Positions 30,241 to 40,062 of a DNA stretch of 64,000 bases are shown here, piece after piece. Below the pieces are notes generated by a model. That model was not told where the DNA came from, made no database searches, and saw nothing but the letters and a program-made list of their open reading frames with translations. The stretch is from Acidiferrobacteraceae bacterium. Lineage in GTDB: Bacteria > Pseudomonadota > Gammaproteobacteria > Arenicellales > UBA868. The stretch spans positions 22,809 to 86,808 of the forward strand of contig PBOB01000010.1 of assembly GCA_002724185.1 (NCBI GenBank), given 5' to 3'. A program made the position numbers and the translations under genes. How positions within the stretch are numbered: the stretch's first letter is position 1; the number at the start of each line of letters is the position of its first letter.

Positions 30241-31023
30241 TTGGTGGCCGGTACTAAAGGTTTTAAAGCATCTGCACCAAGTTTTGTGTCGCATCTTCTA
30301 GAACTAAGAGATCGTTTATTGCGCGCTTTGGCAGCGGTCTTGGTCGTTTTTGTCATTGCCGCACCATTTGCAAATGACTTATATGAGTTTTTGGCAGCGC
30401 CATTAATGTCGGCTTTGCCAGAAGGTAATAGCATGATCTCAACTCAGCCGCATGGCCCATTTTTCGTGCCATTCAAATTTGCTTTTGCCTTTGCTGTGGC
30501 AGTTGCTATGCCATACCTCCTTTATCAGCTTTGGTCATTTGTTGCGCCAGGACTTTATAGTCACGAAAAAAAATTAGCTGTACCGATTTTGTTTTCCAGT
30601 AGCCTGTTATTTTATTGCGGCATCTTATTTGCATATTTTGCGGTTTTCCCAATAATATTTGCGTTTTTTGCAGGAAGCGCCCCAGAGGGTGTATCTGTAA
30701 TGACAGATATAAATATGTACCTAAGTTTTGTATTGAAGCTATTCTTCGCATTTGGTTTGGCTTTTGAAGTTCCGGTAGCGACTGTCTTATTGGTAAAAGT
30801 TGGGGCGACCACACCAGAGAGCCTTGCGAGGAAGCGTCCATATATAATCGTCGGAGCATTTGCTGTGGGCATGTTAATGACCCCACCTGACATTTTTTCT
30901 CAGACAATGCTCGCTATACCAGTTTGGATCTTATTTGAATTAGGATTATATTTTGCTCGATTAATAACACGAAGGTCTGAGGAAAAAGATGTAGCCGATC
31001 AAGATATTGAAGACGGTTTATAG
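30241..31023 (+). CDS. tatC: Twin-arginine translocase subunit TatC
   Basis: 260 aa with six predicted helices. Segments HLLELRDRL and PPDIFSQ. The start is TTG 30241 or GTG 30244, after AGGGAGG. Confidence 0.92.
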   Translation: MVAGTKGFKASAPSFVSHLLELRDRLLRALAAVLVVFVIAAPFANDLYEFLAAPLMSALPEGNSMISTQPHGPFFVPFKFAFAFAVAVAMPYLLYQLWSFVAPGLYSHEKKLAVPILFSSSLLFYCGILFAYFAVFPIIFAFFAGSAPEGVSVMTDINMYLSFVLKLFFAFGLAFEVPVATVLLVKVGATTPESLARKRPYIIVGAFAVGMLMTPPDIFSQTMLAIPVWILFELGLYFARLITRRSEEKDVADQDIEDGL

Positions 31024-31230
31024 TTTTACTGTAATCGCATCAAGAAATTGTTTGTTCGCTACGATAACTTTATATCACTACGAGATGGGTATTAGCACGC
31101 TGAAATATTTGTCATGTGGTAGTTTTTTGGAAGGACTCGTAGTTTTCGCCGAAAAAGATAATACGCTAATGAGTTATGGATACAAAGTACAATAATCAGA
31201 TGTTTAAATTAAATAGTTCTAATTTGTAAG

Positions 31231-33072
31231 ATGAACATACTTGGTATTTCTGCGTATTATCATGATTCTGCCGCTTGCCTTATTCGTGATGGTGAGATAG
31301 TTGGCGCAGCACAGGAAGAGCGATTTTCTAGAAAGAAGCATGATGCTAGATTTCCTAGCTATGCGATCCAATATTGTCTGGAAGAGGGTGGGGTCAAAGT
31401 ACAAGATTTAGATTTCATTGCGTTTTATGACAAGCCCTTTCTTAAGTTCGAGCGTTTATTAGAGACATATATTGCCACTACGCCGCGTGGATTCCAGTCT
31501 TTCGTAGCTGCTATGCCGATCTGGTTGAAAGAAAAGTTATATCTCAAGACGGTCTTGAAAAAAGAATTGATCAAGATTGATGGTTGTAGCAAAAAAGAGT
31601 TGCCACGATTGCTTTTTTCGGAGCACCATCAGTCACATGCAGCATCTGCGTTTTATCCAAGCCCGTTCCAGGATGCGGTAATACTTTGCATGGATGGTGT
31701 TGGCGAGTGGGCAACTACAACAGCTTGGAAAGGTTCCCAAAACCAGCTTGAACCTTTATGGGAGATAAATTTCCCTCATTCCTTGGGTCTTCTATATTCA
31801 GCATTTACTTATTTCACAGGGTTTAAAGTTAATTCTGGAGAATATAAGCTAATGGGTCTTGCGCCATATGGAACGCCAAAATATGTGGATCTAATAAAGG
31901 ACAACCTTATTGATATCAAATCAGATGGTTCGTTCCGATTGGAAATGCGTTACTTTGATTATGCGGTGGGTCTCCGGATGACGAATAGCAGGTTTGCGGA
32001 TTTATTCGGACATCCTGCTAGAACGCCAGAGTCTCCTCTAACGCAAGAAGAGATGGATATTGCGGCATCGATACAGGTTGTAACCGAAGAAGTGGTACTT
32101 AGAATTGCGACTACGCTGAACGAAGAAACTGGCTTTCAAAATCTTTGTCTAGCTGGTGGTGTTGCACTTAATTGCGTAGCGAACGGTCGACTACAGAGAG
32201 AAGGTCCTTTTGACAGGATCTGGATTCAACCAGCAGCTGGCGATGCGGGTGGCGCACTGGGTTGCGCGCTTGCTGCCTGGCATCAGCATCTAGAAAACCC
32301 ACGAACTATGGAGGATGACGGAGATAAAATGCACGGCGCATATCTCGGTCCGAGATTTACAGCAGATGAAATCATTTCTGTTCTAGACAATTTGGGTGCA
32401 AAGTATATTTGTATGGATGATGATTTATTGTTTGAAGAACTGGCCAAATGGCTTTCAGAAGGTAATGTTATAGGGTGGTTCCAGGGGCGTATGGAATTTG
32501 GTCCCCGCGCTCTAGGAGGCAGATCTATTCTAGGAGACCCTCGAAATTCTGAGATGCAGTCAACGATGAATTTAAAGATCAAGTATCGTGAGTCATTCCG
32601 GCCTTTTGCGCCGGCTATATTGGAAGAATCAGTTTCAGAATGGTTTGATCAACAGAATGAAAGTCCTTACATGTTAATGACGGCTGCTGTAAGGGAGAAC
32701 AAGCGACGGTTCATTGCTAGTACTGATGAACATCTATTTGGCATTGATCAACTTAAGTTAATAAGATCAGATATTCCCGCTGTAACTCATGTAGATTACT
32801 CTGCGCGGATACAGACTGTGCATCATGAGACTAATCCACGCTTCCACCAATTAATCAGCGCCTTCAACAAGAAAACAGGTTGCCCGGTGCTTGTAAATAC
32901 TTCATTTAATGTTAGGGGGGAGCCTATTGTGTGCACTCCGGCGGATGCTTATCGTTGCTTTATGAGGACGGAGATGGATTTTCTGGTAATAGAGAATGTT
33001 TTATTGACCAAGCACCAACAGCCAGAATGGTCAGAAATTGATGATTGGCAAAATGAGTTTGATCTAGATTGA
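31231..33072 (+). CDS. Carbamoyltransferase (NodU/CmcH family)
   Basis: 613 aa. N-terminus ILGISAYYHDSAACLIRDGEIVGAAQEERFSRKKHD, then GGVALNCVANG and a C-terminal TSFNVRGEPIVCTP motif. Confidence 0.9.
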   Translation: MNILGISAYYHDSAACLIRDGEIVGAAQEERFSRKKHDARFPSYAIQYCLEEGGVKVQDLDFIAFYDKPFLKFERLLETYIATTPRGFQSFVAAMPIWLKEKLYLKTVLKKELIKIDGCSKKELPRLLFSEHHQSHAASAFYPSPFQDAVILCMDGVGEWATTTAWKGSQNQLEPLWEINFPHSLGLLYSAFTYFTGFKVNSGEYKLMGLAPYGTPKYVDLIKDNLIDIKSDGSFRLEMRYFDYAVGLRMTNSRFADLFGHPARTPESPLTQEEMDIAASIQVVTEEVVLRIATTLNEETGFQNLCLAGGVALNCVANGRLQREGPFDRIWIQPAAGDAGGALGCALAAWHQHLENPRTMEDDGDKMHGAYLGPRFTADEIISVLDNLGAKYICMDDDLLFEELAKWLSEGNVIGWFQGRMEFGPRALGGRSILGDPRNSEMQSTMNLKIKYRESFRPFAPAILEESVSEWFDQQNESPYMLMTAAVRENKRRFIASTDEHLFGIDQLKLIRSDIPAVTHVDYSARIQTVHHETNPRFHQLISAFNKKTGCPVLVNTSFNVRGEPIVCTPADAYRCFMRTEMDFLVIENVLLTKHQQPEWSEIDDWQNEFDLD

Positions 33073-33100
33073 AAAATAGAACTAGCAAATATGAGAGTAT

Positions 33101-33511
33101 ATGATGAGAACACATATTCCAGATATAGATTCTAAAGGGTTACGTAATTTTGGTTATATATTTGGAGTAATCGTTATAGTATTGTTTGGGCTTGTGCTGC
33201 CCTTTTTATTTGGCAATAATTTGCCGTTATTACCATGGGTTATTGGTGGTATTTTTTTTATTTGGGCAAGTATATGGCCAAAAACTATAAAGCCTTTTTA
33301 TCGACTTTGGATGTCTTTTGGGGTCGTAATGAACTGGATTACTACGAGAATTGTCTTAGCAGCAGTCTTTTTTGTAGCGATGCTTCCGTTTGGAGTTATA
33401 TTTAAGATTCGTGGTAAAGATCCTTTGAATCGCAAGTGGGATGGCAAACTAATATCCTATCGGATACTCAGTGAAAAAGTTCGCGAAAAAAATATGGAGA
33501 AACCATTCTAA
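33101..33511 (+). CDS. SxtJ-like small membrane protein
   Basis: 136 aa with 3-4 hydrophobic helices, immediately downstream of the carbamoyltransferase. This is the gene order I recall for SxtJ-family proteins. The family call is from memory. Confidence 0.55.
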   Translation: MMRTHIPDIDSKGLRNFGYIFGVIVIVLFGLVLPFLFGNNLPLLPWVIGGIFFIWASIWPKTIKPFYRLWMSFGVVMNWITTRIVLAAVFFVAMLPFGVIFKIRGKDPLNRKWDGKLISYRILSEKVREKNMEKPF

Positions 33512-33663
33512 TGTTTGAGTTTTTAAGTGATCTGTGGAATTTTATGAGAGTTCGAAAGAAGTTTTGGCTGGCACCGATAGTTCTTGTTTTGCTTCTATTG
33601 GGATTACTGATCGTAGTGGCTGAGGGCACAGCTGTAGCACCTTTCATTTATACGATCTTTTAA
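33511..33663 (+). CDS. 50-aa single-helix membrane protein (DUF5989-like), not in the ORF track
   Basis: I translated it by hand: MFEFLSDLWNFMRVRKKFWLAPIVLVLLLLGLLIVVAEGTAVAPFIYTIF. Its ATG shares the A of the upstream TAA stop (TAATG coupling). It is below the 60-aa track cutoff. Confidence 0.55.
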   Translation: MFEFLSDLWNFMRVRKKFWLAPIVLVLLLLGLLIVVAEGTAVAPFIYTIF

Positions 33664-33730
33664 GCATTTGTAGAGGTGACCGATATAATGATTTGCAATT
33701 ATTTTATTCTGAGACATAGTTGGATGAATA

Positions 33731-35176
33731 ATGTCTAATTTTCTAGACAAGGCAAAGGGCATCTTTTTAGAGCCAGCTGGAATAGAGCTCCAGGATATCG
33801 ACAAACTTGTCGGTCGTATAATGTCCTACGATGTTGATTACGCCGATTTGTACTTTCAATACACGCAGAGCGAGTCTTGGATGTTAGAAGATGGTATGGT
33901 CAAATCTGGAAGTCGTAGTATTGATCAGGGTGTTGGCATTCGAGCTATCAGCGGAGAAAAGACCGGATTTGCATATTCGGATGAAATTAAGTTGCCAGTC
34001 CTTATTGATGCGGCAGATGCGGCGAGGGCAATTGCATACTCGGGCGGTAAAACTGGTCAATCTATGTCCTGGACCGGGAATGACACTAATTCGCTATATA
34101 CAGAGAAGAATCCTTTGTCTAGTTTTACTGATGAAGAAAAAGTCGAGTTGTTACACTTAGTTGAATCAGAGGCCCGTAGTTTTGACTCTAGGATTAGTCA
34201 GGTTATAGCAAGCCTTTCTGCGGTGCATGATGTTGTCCTTATTGCGCGTCATGATGGATATTTGTCGGCAGACATTCGACCACTAATTAGGCTGAACGTC
34301 CATGTTATTGCTGAAAGCAAGGGCCGAAGAGAGCAGGGTAGCGCGGGTGGCGGTGGCAGATATACATATTCTTGGCTAATCGATAATGAGCATGCTATTG
34401 ATTTTGCACACGATGCTGCCCGCCAAGCAATTGTAAATTTAGATGCGATTAATTCACCAGCTGGTGAAATGAAGGTTGTACTTGGTCCTGGATGGCCAGG
34501 AATCCTTCTCCATGAGGCAATTGGCCATGGATTAGAGGGCGACTTTAATCGGAAGAAGACGTCTGCATTTTCTGGTCTCGTAGGACAGAAGATCGCGACT
34601 TCAGAGTGCACCGTTGTGGATGATGGAACGATCTCAGATCGGAGAGGTTCTTTAACTGTTGATGATGAAGGCACATCTACGCAGAACACCATTTTGATTG
34701 AGAACGGTGTTTTAAAGGGATATATGCAGGATAATTTGAACGCTCAATTGATGGGGGTTCAGTCGACAGGTAATGGTCGTCGAGAATCATATGCGCATCT
34801 TCCGATGCCAAGAATGACAAACACATATATGTTGCCAGGCGCTTTAGATCCAGCAGAAATAATTGGGTCTGTTACTCGTGGCCTTTATGCGGTGAATTTC
34901 GGTGGTGGGCAGGTCGATATTACTTCAGGAAAATTTGTTTTTTCTGCAAGCGAAGCTTACCTGATCGAAAATGGGCAGATAGCGCAACCCGTAAAGGGTG
35001 CAACGCTTATCGGCAATGGTCCTGATGTGCTCAATAGAGTCAAGATGGTTGGGTCAGATTTACAACTTGATAGTGGGGTTGGGACATGTGGTAAAGAGGG
35101 TCAAAGCGTCCCTGTAGGTGTTGGTCAGCCAACATTAAGAATTGATGGGTTAACGGTTGGAGGGGTCGAGGTCTGA
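33731..35176 (+). CDS. tldD: Metalloprotease TldD
   Basis: 481 aa with the [11 protein letters not shown] metal site and a TGNGRRESY motif. Confidence 0.93.
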   Translation: MSNFLDKAKGIFLEPAGIELQDIDKLVGRIMSYDVDYADLYFQYTQSESWMLEDGMVKSGSRSIDQGVGIRAISGEKTGFAYSDEIKLPVLIDAADAARAIAYSGGKTGQSMSWTGNDTNSLYTEKNPLSSFTDEEKVELLHLVESEARSFDSRISQVIASLSAVHDVVLIARHDGYLSADIRPLIRLNVHVIAESKGRREQGSAGGGGRYTYSWLIDNEHAIDFAHDAARQAIVNLDAINSPAGEMKVVLGPGWPGILLHEAIGHGLEGDFNRKKTSAFSGLVGQKIATSECTVVDDGTISDRRGSLTVDDEGTSTQNTILIENGVLKGYMQDNLNAQLMGVQSTGNGRRESYAHLPMPRMTNTYMLPGALDPAEIIGSVTRGLYAVNFGGGQVDITSGKFVFSASEAYLIENGQIAQPVKGATLIGNGPDVLNRVKMVGSDLQLDSGVGTCGKEGQSVPVGVGQPTLRIDGLTVGGVEV

Positions 35177-35197
35177 TTATATGTTGCTGAGAAACTT

Positions 35198-36559
35198 ATG
35201 AATGAATCGCGTTTAATCGAAACTGTGGAACATGCTGCAAATGATTCCAAGCCTCTTATCGCTACCACAGAGTTCGCGTTGCAAGAAGCCATACGGAAAG
35301 GCGCATCACAAGCTGAAGCAGTAGCGACCCTTAGCCAAGGGTTGTCTGTTTCTGTGAGAATGGGATCTCTTGAAACAGTCGAGCACACACGTGATCGAGG
35401 TCTAGCAGTTACAGTTTATTTTGGGGACTGCTCGGGCAGTGCAAGCACATCCGATTATTCCAGATCTTCCGTTGAGGAAACTGTACAGGCCGCGTGCACT
35501 ATAGCTCGTTTTACTGAGGCTGATCTATGTAACGGGCTAGCTGAGGCTGATCGCCTCGCTACGGAATTTCCAGATTTAGATCTTTATCATCCTTGGAATC
35601 TAAGTGTGAATGAAGGTAAGAAGCTTGCTGAGCAATGTGAAGCTGCTGCGCTTGATTTCGATTCGCGAATAGAGAACTCTGAGGGCGCTACAGTTGATAG
35701 CTCGGAAAGTGGTGAAGTTTATGGTAATTCACATGGGTTTTTGGGTTATAGCCAAAAGTCCCGACATGGGATTAGTTGTTCAGTGATTGGCAAAAGTCAA
35801 GGCAGCATGCAGCGCGATTACTGGTACAGCGCTAGTCGCAAGTTAGACGATCTTGACAATGTCGAACAGATTGGTCGCACTGCAGGGAGTCGAGTGGTTC
35901 GAAGACTTGGCGCAAGGAAGCTAAAGACCTGTCAGGCGCCTGTCTTGTTTGAAGCGCCAGTTGCATCGAGCCTGTTATCCCATTTTATTGGTGCGATTAG
36001 TGGTGGCGCATTGTATAGAAAGGCATCTTTTCTTTTGAACCATCTTGGGAAGCGAATCTTTCCAGAATTTGTTCGAATACACGAACAGCCCTTCCTAAGC
36101 CGCGCTATGGGGAGTGCTAGTTTTGATAACGAAGGCGTTGTCCCGATGGAGCGAGATATTGTTTCTGATGGCATCCTTCAAGGTTACGTTCTTGGCTCGT
36201 ATTCTGCTCGACGACTTGGTTTAGAAACTACTGGCAATTCTGGTGGAGTGCACAATCTGACAATTGACTCTGGAGAACAGGAACTTGCAGGCCTAATTAG
36301 TGGTCTAGATCGAGGATTATTCGTTACTGAGCTTATTGGGTTTGGTGTAAATACCGTTACTGGCGATTATTCCCGGGGTGCAGCTGGTTTTTGGATAGAA
36401 AATGGTGAAATCCAGTTTCCGGTCGAAGAGTTAACCATCGCTGGTAACCTTAGAGAAATGTTTGAGTCAATAGTGGCTATTGGTTGTGATATTGACACCC
36501 GACGAAACATTAGATGTGGCTCCATACTCGTCGATAAGTTAACCATTGCGGGAGAGTAA
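35198..36559 (+). CDS. pmbA: Metalloprotease PmbA (TldE)
   Basis: 453 aa PmbA/TldD-fold protein lacking the HExxxH motif. C-terminal segment GDYSRGAAGFWIENGEI. Confidence 0.88.
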   Translation: MNESRLIETVEHAANDSKPLIATTEFALQEAIRKGASQAEAVATLSQGLSVSVRMGSLETVEHTRDRGLAVTVYFGDCSGSASTSDYSRSSVEETVQAACTIARFTEADLCNGLAEADRLATEFPDLDLYHPWNLSVNEGKKLAEQCEAAALDFDSRIENSEGATVDSSESGEVYGNSHGFLGYSQKSRHGISCSVIGKSQGSMQRDYWYSASRKLDDLDNVEQIGRTAGSRVVRRLGARKLKTCQAPVLFEAPVASSLLSHFIGAISGGALYRKASFLLNHLGKRIFPEFVRIHEQPFLSRAMGSASFDNEGVVPMERDIVSDGILQGYVLGSYSARRLGLETTGNSGGVHNLTIDSGEQELAGLISGLDRGLFVTELIGFGVNTVTGDYSRGAAGFWIENGEIQFPVEELTIAGNLREMFESIVAIGCDIDTRRNIRCGSILVDKLTIAGE

Positions 36560-36584
36560 GCCCGCATCTTGTATCGGCCAATTA

Positions 36585-37424
36585 TTATTTTTCAGCTGAG
36601 ATGTAACATATCCATCCTGCATCTGCTTCACCCGCTTGCGTTGGGATATATTCTCCATTACCTTCACCTGTATCAGAATCAGTCCCCTCCCAATAAACCA
36701 ATACCCTGCTAAAGCCTGCCTCTACTAGCAATTCCTGTAATTCTGGCAGTGTCCATAATCGCCAGTCATAACGAAACGCTCGTTTCAGTTTTGATCCATC
36801 CGGAAATTTGAAGTGGATTAGGCATGTGATGTCACCGTTTATAGGGTTGTAATGATGTTGATCCCAAATATAGGTGAAATCATCAAACTCTGTTGCTTCC
36901 TCCATTTCTCGGAAGGCTTCATAGCCACCAAATGCGTCTAGAAAGAATAATCCGTCTGACTTTAAAGATCCATAGACCCTATGAAAGTATTCTCTTAACC
37001 GATCTCTATCTTTGAATATTTGATAACTGAAGTTCATAGCTAAGATTATGTCCATATTTGGAGTTGCAACTGACATTACATCATCATTCAAGAGCGTTAT
37101 GCGCTCTTCTTGTTCTTTCTCCAACTGGGATAAGTTATGAGCTCTTCCCCAATCTAATACGGAAGTGTCAGTATCTATGCCAATGGCTAAATTACTTGGG
37201 CGTCTACGTACCCATTCACAACTGGTATTAGCAGTTCCGCAAAAATCTTCCCGAAGAGAGCTAGCTGGGCGGCCACGCAGTTTCATAAAATTCTCGTCCA
37301 CCATATCGATCTCAGACTCGACACACTGCACTGCCTTTTCATATAGGGCATGCCGATCTGCAGCTTGTGCTTGAGTAGTGCTTTTTCTTTTTCGATAAGC
37401 GGGCATAGAAGTTTTTCGTGACAT
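36585..37424 (-). CDS. Class I SAM-dependent methyltransferase
   Basis: 279 aa with a Rossmann-type methyltransferase core (LREDFCGTANTS...IGIDTD...ILAMNFS). Substrate is unknown. Confidence 0.65.
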   Translation of the reverse strand: MSRKTSMPAYRKRKSTTQAQAADRHALYEKAVQCVESEIDMVDENFMKLRGRPASSLREDFCGTANTSCEWVRRRPSNLAIGIDTDTSVLDWGRAHNLSQLEKEQEERITLLNDDVMSVATPNMDIILAMNFSYQIFKDRDRLREYFHRVYGSLKSDGLFFLDAFGGYEAFREMEEATEFDDFTYIWDQHHYNPINGDITCLIHFKFPDGSKLKRAFRYDWRLWTLPELQELLVEAGFSRVLVYWEGTDSDTGEGNGEYIPTQAGEADAGWICYISAEK

Positions 37425-37482
37425 TAGGAGGTCCTTGGGAGCCTTGTTTGGTTATTACATTACCAAGAAAAATTAATTAACA

Positions 37483-38058
37483 TCAACTGATTACGCGGGC
37501 AATGTCGGCGAGCGGTTGCACAATCAGCTTCCGTGCCAACATTAGAATTATAAATAAAACAATAGGTGAGAGATCAATTGGATGTGTATTTGGCAAGAAT
37601 CGTCGCACAGGTTGCATTAATGGTTCGGTCAGAGATACGACGAGTCGGTATATCGGGTGGTTAACGGTAGTGCTTACCCAGCTCAAGATTGCTCTGAGAA
37701 ATATAGCAACAACAAATAACCATATCGAAAGTCTTAGTAAATTTGCGAGAGCCTCCACAGATATGCCAGATATTCTTGGTTGGCCGCCTTCTAATAGGGT
37801 GATTATACCAACGCGACTCCCTTCGAGAATGAGTGCAACAGAAACCGTAGCGATATCTACTCTCCAAATAGTCGGGAACAAGCGCCCTAGGTGGCGAATC
37901 GACGGATTACTAAGTTTGACGATCATCTGAGAAATGGGATTATAGAAATCTGCTTGAGTAACTTGAAATAGCAGACGCAAAACAATTATCGTAATGTAGA
38001 AACCTAGAACGGTATCCACCAGGAACATTGCGGCGTCACTAAGGTAGTCCATATTCAT
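37483..38058 (-). CDS. yggT: YggT-family membrane protein
   Basis: 191 aa polytopic protein. Synteny yggS-proC-yggT. Its start overlaps the proC stop. Confidence 0.8.
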   Translation of the reverse strand: MNMDYLSDAAMFLVDTVLGFYITIIVLRLLFQVTQADFYNPISQMIVKLSNPSIRHLGRLFPTIWRVDIATVSVALILEGSRVGIITLLEGGQPRISGISVEALANLLRLSIWLFVVAIFLRAILSWVSTTVNHPIYRLVVSLTEPLMQPVRRFLPNTHPIDLSPIVLFIILMLARKLIVQPLADIARVIS

Positions 38059-38885
38059 TCGTCTACCTCATTCGCAGAAGCTAGTTCTTGAGCGCGCTTT
38101 TTAGCTGCTGAGATAGCAGCCTTTATCGTATCTGAAGTTTGGTATTTATCTAGAACAGCAATAGCTGCCTCGGTTGTTCCGCCTGGAGACGTCACTTGCT
38201 TCCGTAGTTTCGTTGGTGGTTCGTTTGTATCGACCGCTAAACGGGCGGCGCCAAGAGCTGTTTCAAGAGTTAACATGCGTGCCAGCTCTGGTTCGAGTCC
38301 ACCATCCATGGCGGCTTGCTCCATTGCTTCAATTAAATAGAAGAAATAGGCAGGACCACTACCAGAGATAGAAGTGACAGTATCAATAAGATTTTCATCA
38401 TCTACCCATACAGTTTTTCCTATAGTTTTCATAATTGATTCTGCTTGAGAACGCTGTATCACTGTGACTTTATCGTTAGCAAAGAGAGTCGTTATTCCTG
38501 CTCGGATTAACGCTGGAGTGTTAGGCATAGCCCGCACGATTGCAAGATTCCCACCTCCCCATGAATTTATGGAGGCAATATTAATCCCTGCCAATATGGA
38601 AATGACCAGTGGCTTTCTGGCAGAAAGTGTTTCTGATAAATCACTCACAGTAGATGCTGCGTGTTGTGGTTTGACTGCAAGTATTATGATATCCGCATCC
38701 TGTGCTACCGATGCATTGTTATCTGATGTTACCACTGAGAATTCTCTATACAATTCTTCTCGTCGGAGCTTATTTGGTTCTCCAATAGCAATACTTTTTG
38801 GTAAAATGCTCGCTTGAATTAGGCCGCCTGTGAGACTCCGCGCCATGTTTCCACCGCCAATAAAGGCAATCTTCTGAATATTCAT
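38055..38885 (-). CDS. proC: Pyrroline-5-carboxylate reductase
   Basis: 276 aa. N-terminus IAFIGGGNMA, then RAMPNTPA and the C-terminal motif VTSPGGTTEAAI. Confidence 0.93.
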   Translation of the reverse strand: MNIQKIAFIGGGNMARSLTGGLIQASILPKSIAIGEPNKLRREELYREFSVVTSDNNASVAQDADIIILAVKPQHAASTVSDLSETLSARKPLVISILAGINIASINSWGGGNLAIVRAMPNTPALIRAGITTLFANDKVTVIQRSQAESIMKTIGKTVWVDDENLIDTVTSISGSGPAYFFYLIEAMEQAAMDGGLEPELARMLTLETALGAARLAVDTNEPPTKLRKQVTSPGGTTEAAIAVLDKYQTSDTIKAAISAAKKRAQELASANEVDE

Positions 38886-38917
38886 AAAGTCGGGATATAT
38901 AGTAATTAGATAAAGAT

Positions 38918-39619
38918 TTAGCGTTCTTTTTTGTCAAATTCTTTTCGAGACCCGAAAATTGCCGTTCCGACTCTTATATGAGTCGCTCCCTCTGCTATCG
39001 CCGATTCAAAATCGTTGGTCATACCCATTGAAAGGCAGTCAAGTTTTAGATCTAAATCATTATTAAGAGTATCTCGGAGAGTTCGTAACTTCGAAAAGGT
39101 AGAGCGTTGCCGGGTCATGTTTTCTTCTGCCACTGGGATTGCCATTAATCCGCGAAGCTTCAATGCTGGCAGCAAACTTACTGAATGGGCAAGCTCCGCC
39201 AGTGCTATTGGTGTTACTCCTGATTTAGTCGCTTCATCTTGCATATTTACTTGCAAAAAAACATTTAAAGGGGGGGCAGTTGCTGGCCTAAGGTTGGATA
39301 GTCTTACGGCAATTTTTAAGCGGTCAATGCTATGGGCCCAGCTAAAGTACGCAGCTATTTTCCGGCACTTGTTTGCTTGAATAGAACCGATAAAGTGCCA
39401 TACTGTGTCAAGTGCAGTAAGTGTAGTTATTTTATCGATACCTTCTTGTACTTGATTTTCACCGAAATCCTTTTGGCCTAGTTTTGCAATCTTTCGAACG
39501 GCTTCAGCATTCTGGTTCTTGCTGACAGCGATTATATGTACACTGTTTGGTTCGCGACTATATCGGCTTTCCGCAGCTTTGACCGTATCCAGCAGGCGAA
39601 AATAATTGTCGGCCAGCAT
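38918..39619 (-). CDS. yggS: YggS-family pyridoxal-phosphate homeostasis protein
   Basis: 233 aa. Segments IIAVSK (PLP lysine), FGENQVQE, WHFIGSIQANK and LSMGMTNDFESAI. Confidence 0.9.
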   Translation of the reverse strand: MLADNYFRLLDTVKAAESRYSREPNSVHIIAVSKNQNAEAVRKIAKLGQKDFGENQVQEGIDKITTLTALDTVWHFIGSIQANKCRKIAAYFSWAHSIDRLKIAVRLSNLRPATAPPLNVFLQVNMQDEATKSGVTPIALAELAHSVSLLPALKLRGLMAIPVAEENMTRQRSTFSKLRTLRDTLNNDLDLKLDCLSMGMTNDFESAIAEGATHIRVGTAIFGSRKEFDKKER

Positions 39620-39819
39620 AATTATAATGTTCCGTTCGGTTTATGGTTAGCTGTTCGATCTGTCTGCTTAATAGACGAATTGGTTAGTGATTATCGAATG
39701 GCACCTACGGATATCCATTACTAGTGATCTCTGATGGCATGTGCTATTAGATACAAGGGCATTATACTTGGACTTACTTATAACCGCGTGGGCCATATCT
39801 ACGAAAATACGACACTGGT

Positions 39820-39975
39820 ATGAATATTACTGAACTCTTGGAGTTTTCTCTTAAGAGTCGCGCACCAGACACCCATCATGCTACCAGACACCCATCATGC
39901 TACTGGACAACACCCCGTTGGCTAGAATTAGTTGCGAATCCGCCGACTCAAGCAGATCCACTACAAACTGATTAA
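39820..39975 (+). pseudogene. pilT: Decayed 5' remnant of twitching-motility ATPase gene pilT
   Basis: Hand translation gives MNITELLEFSLKSRAPDTHHAT. This resembles the PilT N-terminus as I recall it from Pseudomonas aeruginosa (MDITELLAFSAKQGASDLHLSAG). It sits divergent from yggS, exactly where pilT lies in Pseudomonas. The frame is broken by a 19-bp tandem duplication and stops after 51 codons. No ATPase domain follows. Confidence 0.5.
39864..39901. repeat. Perfect 19-bp direct tandem duplication (ACCAGACACCCATCATGCT x2)
   Basis: Read directly: 39864-39882 and 39883-39901 are identical. The next bases, ACTGGACA, look like a degenerate third start. At 19 bp the duplication shifts the frame within the pilT remnant. 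Confidence 0.9.
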
Positions 39976-40062
39976 TCTTGAGATAGCAAGGGAGCTACCT
40001 GTAGGCCTCCTACAATACTTGATAAATCGATTTGATCTACCACCAATTTAGGACGTTGAAGT

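Noticed and set aside
30506-30907. Two minus-strand ORFs (133 aa and 93 aa) inside tatC.
   Set aside because: They are antisense to a well-supported six-helix TatC and are shadow ORFs.
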